NCBI RefSeq assembly: GCF_001194135.2
Contig: NC_068987.1
Span: forward strand, 98,211,761 to 98,275,760
Length of the DNA stretch: 64,000 nt
Direction of reading: 5' to 3'
From: Octopus bimaculoides
Taxonomy: Eukaryota
This document shows positions 25,594-40,699 of the stretch, one piece after another. Each line of letters starts with the position of its first letter. The first letter of the stretch is position 1. A program made the translations under genes and the position numbers. Under the pieces are notes generated by a model. It had not been told where the DNA came from. It made no database searches and saw only the letters and a program-made list of their open reading frames with translations.

Positions 25594-25715
25594 GTCTGTC
25601 TGTCTGTCTGTCTCTCTGTCTGTCTCTCTGTCTCTCTGTCTCTCTCTCTCTCTCTCCCTCTCTCTCTCTATCTCTCTCCCTCTCTCTCTCTCTCTCTCCC
25701 TCTCTCTCTCTCTGT
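25343..25715. repeat. (TCTG)n/(TC)n mixed microsatellite
   Basis: Directly visible. Confidence 0.95.
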
Positions 25716-25749
25716 TTCGATGCAAGTTTGAAGCATAGAACTGCTATAC

Positions 25750-26395
25750 TTCTAGGAATTTTAAACATGTTCATTGATGATGCTTCTGGGTCATAACATG
25801 ATTGTATTCTCTCTCGATTGGTTTCAACAGTTTCGATAATGGCAACAATTATGTCTTTGAATAGGTCGTTTCTTTAATAGAGAAGGCACTTCAATTATCT
25901 TGGATTCAGATTTCGGATGGGAAGTTGGAGACACTGCTAACAAAGCGATGCATATTTTTCCATATAGTTTCTGTACGATGGTTTGCATTGGAGTTTATGA
26001 TAACATAATTTCAAAAGCGGAAAAATTGCAAGAAAAATTAAATGATCATTATTTAGATAATCAATCTAGTTCTATTTTCCCTTTTGGAATATTGAATTCT
26101 TTTCTTGACATTTTCTTTTAGTAAAATTGTTATTGGAATTTTTTGTCGATCCATTTTTTCAATAACAAGAGACTTTCCTTCGGCAGAGCTGAAGGTTTTA
26201 ATCTTGCAACCTTTTTTTAAATTTTTTGCTCAAATGCAATTTTAACTGGTTTCATTACTGATACAAAATCACGAATTGCATTAAATTCATTGTTAGAAAA
26301 TTCAAGAGATTCTATGCTGTCGATCATTATTTTTTAGAACAGAAACTGTAAGGAACAAGAATCACTCAAACATTACAAATAGACCATTCCATCTT
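25750..26395 (-). mobile_element. hAT-like transposase fragment
   Basis: Minus-strand LEFSNNEFNAIRDFVSVMKPVKIAFEQ then (frameshift) SSAEGKSLVIEKMDRQ..LLKENVKKRIQ..YLNN, resembling the hAT segment downstream of the RW motif; no TIR found. Confidence 0.5.
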
Positions 26396-26427
26396 GTTTT
26401 ATTATCATTTATTATTACAATTTTTTA

Positions 26428-26640
26428 AGGTGGCGAACTGGCAGAAACGTTAGCACACCAGGCGAAATTCTTAGCGGTATTTCGTCTGTCTTTACGTTCT
26501 GAGTTCAGCTTCCGCAGTGGACAACTTTCCTTTTCGGATTTGATAAATTAAGTGCCAGTTGCGTCCTAGGATTATTCTAATCGACTGGCCCCCTCACACC
26601 CCAAGTCTTTAGGCTATGTGTCTGGAATAGAAAAGATAAA
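26428..26640 (+). mobile_element. SINE family 2, near full length
   Basis: AAGGTGGCGAACTGGCAGAAACGTTAGC head, GAGTTCA B-box-like, GATAAATTAAGT core. Confidence 0.78.
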
Positions 26641-26879
26641 TTCAAATTATTGATCAAGTTTTTGTTTACTTATTCTTGAAACATTTCTAGCAATTTTTGT
26701 TGGAGATCTGTGAGATGAACTGACAAGTTTTCTACTCACTTAATAGCACTGGCAATGGTTAAATCTTCTTCATCTGAATGTTCTGTAAAAGGTCGGTCCT
26801 TTTCTAAGCTCGGTCTGATGTCAAGTGAACCTAATTATTAAGTACATTCATAATCACAGGTTCTTCAATTCGATCAACA

Positions 26880-27016
26880 TCCGTAAAAATAACTAAACAT
26901 GGACAATTTTCGTTCCAAGAGTTATTAGTCAACACAGCTTCATCTTTGTTTGACTAAGTTTTTCTCTGTCAGTCACTCACACATTCACTCACTACAAAAA
27001 CTGAATGGAATTTCAA

Positions 27017-27071
<55 letters not shown>

Positions 27072-27790
27072 CCTCTCTCTGATATACACACAGACTATCA
27101 ACATTACTCTCTCTGTCTCGCACACCCCATCAAACATACACACACACACAGACATACGCACGCACATCAATTCTTCCGTCTCACGCCAACTTCAAAAGAA
27201 GCTCAGTCATAAAACTGCCCATGTCTCATTTCATTTGACGCCCTCTTCAAAGGATCCCCTTTCCCCAAAACACATATTAAAAAAATATTTTCACTTGTCC
27301 GGCCATTGATCGAGAGATAAAACACAAACCACCTCCTGCTGACTGCAAATCTCCCGCCAAATTAGCCGAAAAAAACACACACACATACATACACACATGT
27401 CCATTTCAGATATCTTTCACTTTCTCTATGATTATACACACGTCCAATACAATAGCCCTCACATATACTTTCGTCTTCAACAGGTATTTACCTATTCTAT
27501 AATATAAATTGTTTTTCTACAAGAGTATAACAATTACTTATTCCATACTTCTTCACTTAGATTTTATCTTCACTCTTCTTAACTTGGATACTTCAGCTAT
27601 TAATTCTTACATACAATTTCCCCGTTAATTCTTACAGCTTAATTTTCTGTTAAAGCAATTCTTAACGTCAACTTCTTAATGTCTCTTCTATTTTTCCTAG
27701 CGCCAATACATACAGAGAACAGCGATTAAAACATTTTCTAATGCAATTCCACTTATTTCGATCGTTAAAACAACCAGTTGCTCACACACA
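26880..27790 (+). mobile_element. Probable non-autonomous Helitron-related segment
   Basis: Shares GTCCATTTCA(G/T)ATATCTTTCA and ACGTCCAATA(C/G)AATA blocks (27399-27475) with the Helitron 3' region at 30326-30500. Confidence 0.35.
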
Positions 27791-27871
27791 TTAGAGTTTC
27801 TCATTCAAACTACATGATAGGCAGAATTGTCGCATAAATAGAGTAGGGAGTTTTGAAGGAGACTTTGCTGC

Positions 27872-29530
27872 TATGGAAAGTTCCAAGGGATGGGAGGAAT
27901 TACTTCCTGGAAAGTTCCGAGGGCCAAATTACGTCCTGGAAAGTTCAAAGAAAGGGGACGAGGGGGGGAATTACTTCCTGGAAAGTTCCGAGGATGGGAG
28001 GTATTACTTCATGGAAATTTCTGTGGAGTAGAAGGAATTACTTACTGGAAAGTTCCGATAGTTCCTGGAAAGTTCCAAGGCATCCTGGAAAGTTCCAAAG
28101 AGAGGGAGAAATTATTTCCTGGGAAAGTTCCGCGGGGTAGGGGGAATTGTATCGTGAAAAATTCCAAGGAAGGGGATGGGGGAATAATTACTTCATGGAA
28201 AGTTCCGATGAAGGGTGGGGGAAATTACTTCTTGGAAAGTTCCGAGGAGGGGGGCGAATTACTTCCTGTAAAGTTCCAAGGAAGGGAAGGAATTACATCC
28301 TGGAATGTTCCGAGGAGAGGGTGCGAATTACTTGCTGTAAAGTTCCAAGGAAGGAGAGTAGGGGAGGAATTACTTNNNNNNNNNNNNNNNNNNNNNNNNN
28401 NNNNNNNNNNNNNNNNNNNNNNNNNNNNNNNNNNNNNNNNNNNNNNNNNNNNNNNNNNNNNNNNNNNNNNNNNNNNNNNNNNNNNNNNNNNNNNNNNNNN
28501 NNNNNNNNNNNNNNNNNNNNNNNNNNNNNNNNNNNNNNNNNNNNNNNNNNNNNNNNNNNNNNNNNNNNNNNNNNNNNNNNNNNNNNNNNNNNNNNNNNNN
28601 NNNNNNNNNNNNNNNNNNNCGTGGTGGGGGAGGAATTACTTCCTGCAAAGTTCCGAGAATGGGGCTTCCTGGAAAGTTCTGATGATGAGCTATTTCCTGG
28701 AAAGTTCCGAAGGTGAGCAATTTCCTGGAAAGTTCGTAAAGGTTAGAGGATGAGCTACGTACTGGAAACTTCCGGTGACTTCCTAGAAATTCCAATGAAG
28801 TGCTGACGAATTACTTCCTGTAATGTTCCAAGGAAGTAGATGAGGTGGAGGAATTAATTCCTGGAAAGTACCGAGGAGGGCGATGAATTACTTCCTGGAA
28901 ATTTCAAAGGAAGGTGAGGGTGAGGAATTACTTCCTGGACAGTTCTGAGGATGGGACTACCTGAAAAGCTGCAAGGGCATCCTGGAAATATCCAAGGATG
29001 AGCTACCTCCTGGGAAGTTCACATGAACAACTTCCTGGAAAGTTCCGAGGATGGGATTTCCTAGAAAGCTCCAACTGATTCCTAGAAAGTTCCGAGGATA
29101 GGACATCCTGGAAAGTTTACATGAGCAACATCCTTGAAAGTTCGGAGAGTCCCGAGGATGAGCAATTTCCTAGAAAGTTCCAAGAATGGGACTTTCAACA
29201 ATTTCCTGGAACGTTCCAATGTGGCACTTCCTGGAAAGTTCCAAGTACTTTCTGGAAAGTTCTGAGGATGGGGGCTTCCTGGGAATTTCCGAAGATGAGC
29301 TACTTCCTGGAAAGTTCGGAGAGTCCCGAGGGGAAAATTCCGAGGATGACCAACTTCCTGGAAAGTTCAAAGGATGGGTCTGCCAATGATTTCCTGGAAA
29401 TTTCCAAGGACTTCCTGGAAACGTCCGAGTATGGGCTTCCTGAGAAGTTCCAAGGATGAGCAACTTCCTGGAAAGCTCGGTGACTCCCGAGGGGAAAGTT
29501 CCGAGTATGACCAATTTCCTAGATAGTTCC
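27872..29530. repeat. Degenerate minisatellite, ~20-35 bp units with core (AC)TTCCTGGAAAGTTCC
   Basis: Core recurs dozens of times on both sides of the 28376-28619 gap; the right end runs into a gap. Confidence 0.95.
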
Positions 29531-29678
29531 NNNNNNNNNNNNNNNNNNNNNNNNNNNNNNNNNNNNNNNNNNNNNNNNNNNNNNNNNNNNNNNNNNNNNN
29601 NNNNNNNNNNNNNNNNNNNNNNNNNNNNNNNNNNNNNNNNNNNNNNNNNNNNNNNNNNNNNNNNNNNNNNNNNNNNNT

Positions 29679-30727
<1,049 letters not shown>

Positions 30728-31554
30728 AGAGCAGATTTGGATATAATTTAGTAGTTGTTGGATATGATTTAGTAAATGTTGGCCAACTTCATGTTAAATA
30801 TGTTACATATTCACAGCATTAGTTCTGAGTTGAAAACGCACAGACAGGACAATTGTATCATTCTGTGCTCACGATTATTTTTCTGAGCTTAAGAAACATT
30901 AATGAACGGATAATTAAGTTACCTATAAAATTATCGGAACATTTGTAGTTTTATTGAAGCATTATATGTAGTACTGAACTTGTATTGTTTATGTCATTGC
31001 ATCATCTATAGTCCATATGTATTACATTAATGTACAACTAATACTAACATGCTGTTTTAAATATAATCGTTGGCAGTAACATGATTATTATACAAAGAAA
31101 TGACATGCGCCTATTGGGTTAAATGGCGACAAAATTTTGGCAGTGTCAAGTACTTTTATATGTAGACATCATTTAATGCATATTTTTACATGAAGTAAAG
31201 AGGTAAATGGAAATATATAACGGCAAATAAAAAGAAACTCTGAGAGTTACAAACACAGATAATTCGCAGTTGGCTTGAAACGTTCGTAACTGTGACCGTT
31301 TAGATGGAGAACAGCCAGAATTGTGCAGTACTATGGTGAAAGATTTTCAGCTGTAATTCAATGGCTTCTTTATTTTGGAACTACTATTCCTTATTCCGTC
31401 TTTTATAAAGACACAGTATATCTATGTTTAATTTATCAAATACATATTTCTCTTTTGTAATAAGGACAGTGCCTGATTTGAGGAAATCTGTATATAGAAT
31501 ATATGATATGTGTGTGTGTGTGTGTGTGTGTGTATTTGTACACACATGTCGTGT

Positions 31555-31875
31555 ATCAAAGATACTCTGAAAAGCAACCTCATACAGAACGCCATTGGTC
31601 TATACGATCTTGAAGTTTCTGCCGCAGACAGATCGGCGTGGAGATCTCTCACCTAACGAACAGCAGCTGCCTTCGAAGAGGACCGGTGACAGCATCTTGC
31701 TGTTGCAAGTGACGGACGTCACAAGGCAGCATCCGTCTGAATTCAAACAACAGAATAGCGTTGTGATACCTGTGGGCGGGTATGTCCTTCCAGCTTTGGT
31801 CTGCGGAATCAAATGCGCTTTCACCGCAAAGTACACAGATTTTGTCATCGTCGGACACCGGCGGACTACCAATAA
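31555..31875 (+). mobile_element. RTE (BovB-like) LINE 3' end
   Basis: KDTLKSNL...AADRSAWRSL...FEEDR...CDTCGRVCPSSFGLRNQMRFH, the typical RTE C-terminus with a C2H2-like finger; several stops. Confidence 0.85.
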
Positions 31876-31903
31876 TATATATATATAGACATTTATATCT
31901 ATC

Positions 31904-31958
<55 letters not shown>

Positions 31959-32859
31959 GCGCGCATGCGTAGTGTGTACATGTGTGTAAGTCTACAAATC
32001 AGGAATTAATGCATAAAGTTACCATTCTAATTATTCAGTGGTCAATAAACTTCAGCAACTATTGTAATACATTCAATGCTAGAGTAGGAGTGGACTGGGA
32101 GTAAGGAATCTCACTGAATCATTTTTCTTCTTTACGGTACGTGCTTCCTTTTTATCACCCTTTCCTTGTTATGGAATGATACTATTGATTTTCATTTAGA
32201 CATTCCATTGATGATACCCTGTTGTCGAGAGTTGCTTTCTGTATATATTGCCTCTCCAATATCAGTGAATGTGGTAAGTTGTCAATTTGTTTCTGTTAAT
32301 CAATCCTTCGTAATTGCAATTTTACCTTTTCTTTTCCTACCAACTTCAGTAATTGCCCGCTTCTTCAGTATCTACACTTTACAACCAAACGTCTTTTTAC
32401 GACACTTCTTTCTGCTTCTCTAGTAAGATCTTATTACTTTCCATAGTATAGCAGTCAGTTTGTTGTAGAATACAACTTAAATTATTTACATGTTGCTCGT
32501 AAAGATGAACTTATTCCGTAATCTTGGTGTTCTTCAGTAATTTTGTTTTGAAGATTTAATACTATTTTCCTCTTCGGTAACAAGTCAAAAGTTGATCCAA
32601 GTCAATTTACTAACCCTTTCAATGCTACTGTATCAGATTATTGGTGAGATATTTTCGTCAGTAATTTTGCAGACTTTCCTCTTGATTTCATTTATTATCT
32701 TATAGGTTAATTTGTTGTCTTTATTGTTTGGCTTTAAGTCATTTTCAACTGAGTCAAGTAGCCCCGATTCCATATTATGTAAGGCACGCTTTTATTAGAT
32801 GGTGAAGTGTGATAGTGAAGTGTGATGGGGGTCTTGTTGCTTTCTCTATTAGAGGGAAC

Positions 32860-33130
32860 TAGTAAAAGCATAACTAAAGCCCGCCAAACCACATTCTACA
32901 TTTTTAAAAAAGAAAAAAACACATGGAATAATGTGAACTTGGGCTTATTAACCTTGTATGTTCCAGTATAACTTTCTGATTATGCTGAGCCATGAGGTTC
33001 GAGGGAGCTGCTGAGTGAACCACTACGTTATTGATCAACCTGGTAGAAAGAGCAGCTCGATCTCTCTCACATCACACGTTACCATCTTAGAAATGAACAC
33101 GTTCGATAATAAGCCAGCGTAATCAAAAAA
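32860..33130 (-). mobile_element. Old SINE remnant
   Basis: Minus-strand GATGTGAGAGAGATCGAGCTGCTCTTTCTACCAGGT resembles a SINE central domain; recognised by eye only. Confidence 0.4.
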
Positions 33131-33399
33131 TTATGCTGGACTATACTCGCAGTTTTCTTCTTTGGGAAAGCCCTTTCCATAGTATTCCATTGCGACTCTT
33201 CATTATGCTGAATGTTTTTGCTTGATATCTCACCCAGTGTATTTAAATTTCTAGTGATATTTCTGTCATCACATGATACGACTGTTTTTTTTTTTTTTTA
33301 ATTTTCTCTCTAGAATATTCTTGTATTTGTTTAAAATTTGATAATCTCATGTCAGTGGTGATCCCCTTGTTTGAAACAGTCTATCTCTAAGGAAATAAC

Positions 33400-33768
33400 T
33401 TTTAGCTTTTAGCTTTTACTTGTTTCAGTCATTGGACTGTGGCCATGGTGGAGCACCACTTTGAGGAATTTTAATCGAAATAATAGACCCCAGTACCCAT
33501 TTTCTTTTTAAGCCTGGTACTTATTCTATTGGTATCTTTTACGAGGATGTAAACACACCAACACCGGTTGTCAAGCGTTGGAAGGTGACAAATACACACA
33601 CACACACACACACACACACAACAGGCTTCAGTAAGCTTCCGTCTACCATTCACAATGATTTGATCGAACCGAGGATATTGTGGTAAACACTTGCCCAAGG
33701 TTCTACGCAGTGGGACTGAACTCGGAACCATGTGGTTAGAAAGAAATCTTACCACACAGCCACGCCTA
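33400..33768 (-). mobile_element. SINE family 1 (diverged)
   Basis: ACTTGTTTCAGTCATT...(CA)n...CACTTGCCCAAGG...GGGACTGAACTCGGAACCATGTGG...ACCACACAGCCAC. Confidence 0.85.
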
Positions 33769-35390
33769 TATACAGTCAGCACAATTACTACTTAGGTTTT
33801 TTTAAATAAAATTTCACATCACAAGTAGAGCTTTTTCATTGAATTTTATTTTCTTCATATTTCATATTTTCCTCTTTTTATATGCTAGTGGATTTTCTAC
33901 TACGTTATGTAAAAATGGCTATTTCTGTTAATATCATTTTACCAGAATTTTCGTATACTATATTTTCTCTTCACTGCTTTATTTTGTATGTGTAGTATTT
34001 GAGTCTGGTTGTTCTTTATATCAAGATGGCTATTTAGCCTTGTGATGTTCGGAGAACCTTCTTACATTTAGCTATTATATAACGGGCGTATTTCTTTATT
34101 TGCTACTCGGACAGGGGTTTTAGTTTCTCCATGCTTATTGACTTTCTTCTGGTCACTTCTGTTTCCGTTATCTTATCGCTTCGATAGATTTACTACATTG
34201 TTAACTCTGATCAGTCTCTTGTGATAGGCGCTCTTATAGTGTTCATTTTTTTTCAGGGTGGTGGTGGTGGGATATATTTTTGTTGTAGCAGATAATTTGG
34301 TGAGTTGTTTTCTATGCAGTCTTGTGTGGTCCTTGATCACGCTTTGAAGTTCTATTTTTTTTCTTCTATATAACAATCTAGCTATGTTTGTTTTACTGCG
34401 ATACCTACTTTCCTACGTACGTGGTACATTTTTCAATATTTTTGCCGCATTTTGATGGCTTATTTATTGTACGCCTGGTATCTTTTTTTTTTTGCATTAT
34501 TTACATTATTTGGCGAGGGTTTTTTTTGCGTGTGATATATTCCACTGCATTACATCCATTGGTTTATGGGAGCTTATTCACTTTTATTTTTTTCTTGTAT
34601 GGTCGGTCATTTTGTTGATCTATTTCTGTTTCTTAGGTATTATTTCTAAATATCCCTGCATTAGCTAATGTGTTTGTACATAAGCTCCTATTTGCAGCTT
34701 TGCTTTCTATTTTATTTGCTGTAACTATGTTATTTGTATATGTTGTGTAATATACGACTGTTGAATATACGTATGATACTTGAATGTGTTGTTATCTGGC
34801 TTAATAGCTACTTGTAAGATTTGTTTTATTTTGGTGGATTTATGTGCAAGCATGGTTGTGTGATTAAGGAATTCGTTTTTCAACTACATGTATCTTATCT
34901 CGAACCTACATCTCGGTCGCTACTTAGGTCTGTTTCTTCTGCATAGCATTAACTGAAGAAATGCTTGTAAATGAAATTTCGAAAACCAGAATTATTTGGA
35001 AGCTCTGATGGATGAGATCATTCCAGTTCTTGGATCGTAGAGTTCACCCGGGTTAACACCACCGTGGTAACGTTTATTTATTTATTTATTTATTTATTAT
35101 TCTTTTATTCTTTTGTTTCTGTCATTTGACTGCGGCCATGCTGGAGCACCGCATTTAGTCGAACAAATCGACCCCAGGACTTATTTTTTGTAAGCCTAGT
35201 ACTTATTCTATCGGTCTCTTTTACTGAACCGCTATGTTACGGGGACGTAAACGNNNNNNNNNNNNNNNNNNNNNNNNNNNNNNNNNNNTGGAAGCTCTGA
35301 TGGATGAGATCATTCCAGTTCTTGGATCGTAGAGTTCACCCGGGTTAACACCACCGTGGTAACGTTTATTTATTTATTTATTTATTTATT

Positions 35391-35835
35391 ATTCTTTTAT
35401 TCTTTTGTTTCTGTCATTTGACTGCGGCCATGCTGGAGCACCGCATTTAGTCGAACAAATCGACCCCAGGACTTATTTTTTGTAAGCCTAGTACTTATTC
35501 TATCGGTCTCTTTTACTGAACCGCTATGTTACGGGGACGTAAACGCACTAGCATCGGTTGTCAAGCGATGGTGGAGGGACAAACATAGTCATGCACAGAT
35601 ACACACACACACGCGCGCGCACACACGCACACACAACACACATATATATACGACGGGCTTCTTTTAGTTTCCGTTTACCAACTCCACTCACAAGGCTTTT
35701 AGTCGGCCCGAGGCTATAGTAGAAGACACTTGCCCAGTGTGTCACGCATTGGGACTAAACCGGGAACCATGTGGTTGATAAGCGAGCTACTTGCCACACA
35801 GCCGCTCTGGCGCTTACAGCCACTCCTACGCCTAT
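35391..35835 (-). mobile_element. SINE family 1 (its 3' part is also duplicated at ~35101-35253 across a gap)
   Basis: Same blocks as the other copies; 5' end partly reiterated. Confidence 0.88.
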
Positions 35836-36329
35836 AATTTCTTTTTGTTTTTTTTGCTTTTGCAATCATTCAAACAGAAGTTTTCAACCTGAGAACATTC
35901 TCTTTTCAATATCAATCTCAGATGTCGTAATAAGTGCTCTGCTTACAACTCTCACTGGTCTCTTGGATATCGTATTAAAATGGCTTTAATATGATAGCAA
36001 TAAACTCACACTCCAACATTCATCAAATATCCTAAAGTGGTGCGTATTGTTACAACTGTCATTAATTTAATTGTTAAAGCTTCAGAACAAGCTTTGCAGT
36101 TTATTTTCAGCTCTTTACGGTCTTTTTCAAACCCTACCGAGGGTGACTAACTCCCTCTAGTTCCTGTTCTTATGCTAATATAAGAAATTATTATTCATTG
36201 ACATTAATTATTTACTTGCAAAATAACTTTGTTCTTCACTGTATTACTATTTTTTAAGTAACCTAGGATCCATTGTCGACCGAACTGCAGATTTCTTTCA
36301 TTAAATCGAAGCAACATGATGCTAATATT

Positions 36330-36800
36330 ACATTGAAGGGTAGCTTCCCTTTAAATCATGGCTATTACATCAAACCACATTTCGAAGGGTACGTGTTTGC
36401 AATACTGAAGAAGGAGTTACGAAAGAAATACCTTATGCACGTAAGACACAATAAAGCCCTTAAACCCGAAGATGTAATCGAAAATGTTGATTATATCACA
36501 TTTCCGTCTAAGATAATACCTATATGTTTACCAGCTGCGCTACCATACCGATTAGGTATTACTTTCCCATGAAGAATGATTTTTGCTAAAACAATATACG
36601 AAACCAGCCCTGATATAAATATAGACAATGTAGCTATTGGTTAATAAATACAGCATGTCAAAACGTGCATTATAAGTTGCGTATTAGTTGCAAAATTCCA
36701 TGATATGGAACATAATGGGTATGATATATTTGTTTGGCATGGAAGGGGAAAACCATGTATTGTTGTAGAGTTCCTTAATTCTGTTATATGAATAGAAAAG
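36330..36800 (+). mobile_element. Decayed R4/Dong-like fragment (same type as 2131-2634)
   Basis: KPHFEGYVFAILKKELRKKYL (cf. SHFEGYAF at 2610) and HNGYDIFVWHGRGKPCIVVEF (RLE PD-x-E-like region). Confidence 0.62.
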
Positions 36801-37845
36801 ACTATGTATAGTTACAAACAAATATGCTTGCACATCTACAATAGCTTAAAAAATTTGCTCATAGTAAGTTTGCATTTTAATCCATAATAACTTGCGCATT
36901 TAGTTATGTTAATATATATATATATGTATATATCCTCTTTCTTTTATTTCCTTTCCTGAGCGTCCAATAACACTGAACTTTTTCCACGTCCTCGCGTTGT
37001 TTTTTCGCGTTTTTTTCATGTTTTTTTGTTTGTTCTTGTTTAAATTGACTAACTAGGAGAACAGCTAACGCGCACAATGAAAATGTAATCTCTAAGCAGA
37101 AGAGTACAAATATGCAAAACTTTCTCAAAGTTCAACATGAAACAATTCGCAGTTTTACTAACTAAATTCTATCGACAGATTATTGTTTCATTCTTAGAAA
37201 CCAGTTACATTCTTGACGAAATATGTCAGGTAAATTGAAGAGATAGGAACAGATTCTTGCATGCATAAGCTGGTATGTCCATCCGTATACACAGGTTAAT
37301 GTACATACATATTTATTTATTTACATATTTTACAGAAAGTAAGATGATCGTCATAAAATAATAGAAACATTATGTTTAAAACATGATTATGTATATTGAC
37401 AAACACCATATGATTGCTCACCCACTCACATATCGACACAAAAACACACACTTAATCACCCTGCCCACACACACATACTCGTGCTCGCGTACACATATAA
37501 TACATAGTTAGACAGAAACTGTTGGATATGTGCTTGCATGTATGTATTTATGTTCTCCTCATATCCCGTGGTTGGTTGTGTTTTAAAATTTGCTGCTTAG
37601 TGTATTTCGTTACATCCTCTCCCTATATCATCTCCCTATACCTCAACCCTCTTAATTTTCTTTACGAAACAAACCCAATCTACATTAACCAACACTTTCT
37701 CCTCCCCATCTCTTGTAACGACCTTCTCTTTCCGTTTCTTCTTGTGTGTGTTCTTTTACGTCATTCTCTATCAAGTTTACTCTTTCACTTTGCATACCTG
37801 AGTGCATGTATATCTATCTATCTATGTATGTATCTATTTTTCTAT

Positions 37846-37890
<45 letters not shown>

Positions 37891-39623
37891 CATCCATCCA
37901 TCCATCTATCAATCCACCCACCCACCCNNNNNNNNNNNNNNNNNNNNNNNNNNNNNNNNNNNNNNNNNNNNNNNNNNNNNNNNNNNNNNNNNNNNNNNNN
38001 NNNNNNNNNNNNNNNNNNNNNNNNNNNNNNNNNNNNNNNNNNNNNNNNNNNNNNNNNNNNNNNNNNNNNNNNNNNNNNNNNNNNNNNNNNNNNNNNNNNN
38101 NNNNNNNNNNNNNNNNNNNNNNNNNNNNNNNNNNNNNNNNNNNNNNNNNNNNNNNNNNNNNNNNNNNNNNNNNNNNNNNNNNNNNNNNNNNNNNNNNNNN
38201 NNNNNNNNNNNNNNNNNNNNNNNNNNNNNNNNNNNNATATATAGTCGTGTCCTTCTAGGCCGGCCCACTCATTTCTTCGTTACTACTTTGCTATATCTGG
38301 GAAACATATGATCCAAGGGAAATATTTACACAAACTGATAGAAACAGTGGCTGTTGTTTAAATGTTTCCCTTCTGTTATTTCAGCCATTTTATTACCGAC
38401 TATAGCCCGGACTACTCGCATTTCAACATGCTAAATGTACTAAAACAACAGCTACGATTACACAAGATCATAGTAAAAGTATTATTTACAACGATATAAA
38501 AGTAGACTCATCACAATCATAACCATCAAGAATTCTAAGTTTGCAAAAATATAACGATTTTGTTAATACTATCGGCAACAAAATTATTACCAGAAACACC
38601 TGCCCTACCACTACTAATATGATCACCAGTAGTAACTCATCCACTACTAGATCAACATCAGAACTATTCTCGCCAACACCTTTGCTATGCTAATATCATC
38701 ATCACCAACAAGTAATGACCAGGCACCAACAGCCAACACTGCACTGATAAAACATCATTGCAAACTGTTCACGCATTTACAGAGTCACTGCCGCTTAGAC
38801 CTGTAATCTCAAATGCCGTCACCAAAAATACTACCACCAGTACCACCACCACAACCACCGAGCCGCCACCNNNNNNNNNNNNNNNNNNNNNNNNNNNNNN
38901 NNNNNNNNNNNNNNNNNNNNNNNNNNNNNNNNNNNNNNNNNNNNNNNNNNNNNNNNNNNNNNNNNNNNNNNNNNNNNNNNNNNNNNNNNNNNNNNNNNNN
39001 NNNNNNNNNNNNNNNNNNNNNNNNNNNNNNNNNNNNNNNNNNNNNNNNNNNNNNNNNNNNNNNNNNNNNNNNNNNNNNNNNNNNNNNNNNNNNNNNNNNN
39101 NNNNNNNNNNNNNNNNNNNNNNNNNNNNNNNNNNNNNNNNNNNNNNNNNNNNNNNNNNNNNNNNNNNNNNNNNNNNNNNNNNNNNNNNNNNNNNNNACCA
39201 CCACCACCACCACCACTATCACCACCATTTCCACGGTCACTATCATCAGCAACACAGTTAGCTCTACCACGTGTACCACTAACCAATCATAAACTATTAA
39301 AATTTCATCAGTTCCGACACCATTATACAGAGCAACACTACAACTTGCACTACCACTATCACTTGCAACGGCAAATAGTTTTAACCTCCCCCACCCCGCC
39401 AAGCCAAAACTACCGACACCAACAACAACAACACTAGCACCTCACTACCAGATCCAGCTTTTGCTCTCTACGATGAAGTTTTATTATAAACACGACAGAC
39501 GTTTGTGACTATCTCGTCTATCTAGTGTATTTAATTAATTTTCGAATACAGTTACGGCTAAAATCTTTGGCTATACCCATAGTAATCCAAATTATATATT
39601 TTTTAGCCAAAGGATACACCAAA

Positions 39624-39677
<54 letters not shown>

Positions 39678-39934
39678 NNNNNNNNNNTCTGCATATATAT
39701 GATTACATATATATATAAATTAACGGGAGAATGTATGGCTATTATAGGTCCTACAACTGTTTCTAGGTGCTCGGAAATATATCCTAATGTTGAATGATGC
39801 AGTTCGCAAAAAATCAAAGATATACATTTATAAATATATATTGTATATTATATTTCATATATTATTGAATATGATATGCATATATGTATAAATATGTGTG
39901 TATGTGTGTATGCGTGTGTGTGTGTGTGCGTCTG

Positions 39935-40230
39935 TGTGTGTTTCAAAAGCATTCAGCACCATCACAGAAAGCCTACTTAACCCAAGAATGGTTGTATTAC
40001 GATCATATTCTGACATCTAAGCTCGGAATCCAACTTCTGGAATCCAAGCTCGCCAGATTGAAATACTATGAAATGTTATTCTTACAATACCATCTCTTCA
40101 TTAAAAAACGCCAGTGTGCAGGTGATGTCCGAAATAAATGAGGACTAAATGTAGGTATATCAAAGAATCTTTTCCTGCATCGAGGCTGAAAGCGAATTTA
40201 TAGAATAAAGTTATAAAGAAAACTTTCTTT
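39935..40230 (+). mobile_element. maT/DD37D-like transposase 3' fragment
   Basis: VFQKHSAPSQKAYLTQEW (cf. FQQDSAPSHKAxxTQEW); nucleotide similarity to 41460-41730. Confidence 0.75.
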
Positions 40231-40699
40231 AAATCTGGACCTTTTGTCAACAGTCTCTTTTGCAGAAGTCATAAGTTGCGACCAAATAAACAAACCGACA
40301 CCGGTTATCCAGTGGAGACTAACACAAATCAAAGACACGTTATCACAGACCCACACACACACGAATACTCACATACGCACACACACATGCACACACGGCA
40401 CGAACAAACACACACACACACGAACACACTCGTGCAGGCACACACAGACGTGTATACGACGGGTTCCCCATAGTTTCTGTCTTCTAAATCGATTCACAAA
40501 ACATTGATACAACTTCAGGAAAACAAATGATGTTTGCTAAATAAGCTATCCCAACCAGATAATTATATCTTCAGCATAATATAACGTGTGTGTATGTTTG
40601 TATGTGTGTGCATGAGCATGCTTGTATGTGTTTATATATAGGCTGGTGGGGGGAGAATTTCAGGATGCTCAATTATCAGTATATTATTCTCTTCAAACT

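Noticed and set aside
27872-29530. CRISPR array or repetitive protein (ESS/WKVP ORFs)
   Set aside because: Eukaryotic context, degenerate repeats with related spacers, no cas genes, and all frames interrupted; this is a minisatellite.
34999-35543. ~255-bp tandem duplication
   Set aside because: Copies are identical and separated only by a short N gap, so it is an assembly artefact.
38420-39450. Mucin-like Thr/His-rich coding region
   Set aside because: Decayed (ACC/CAC)n low-complexity sequence around a gap, with stops in all frames and no splice support.
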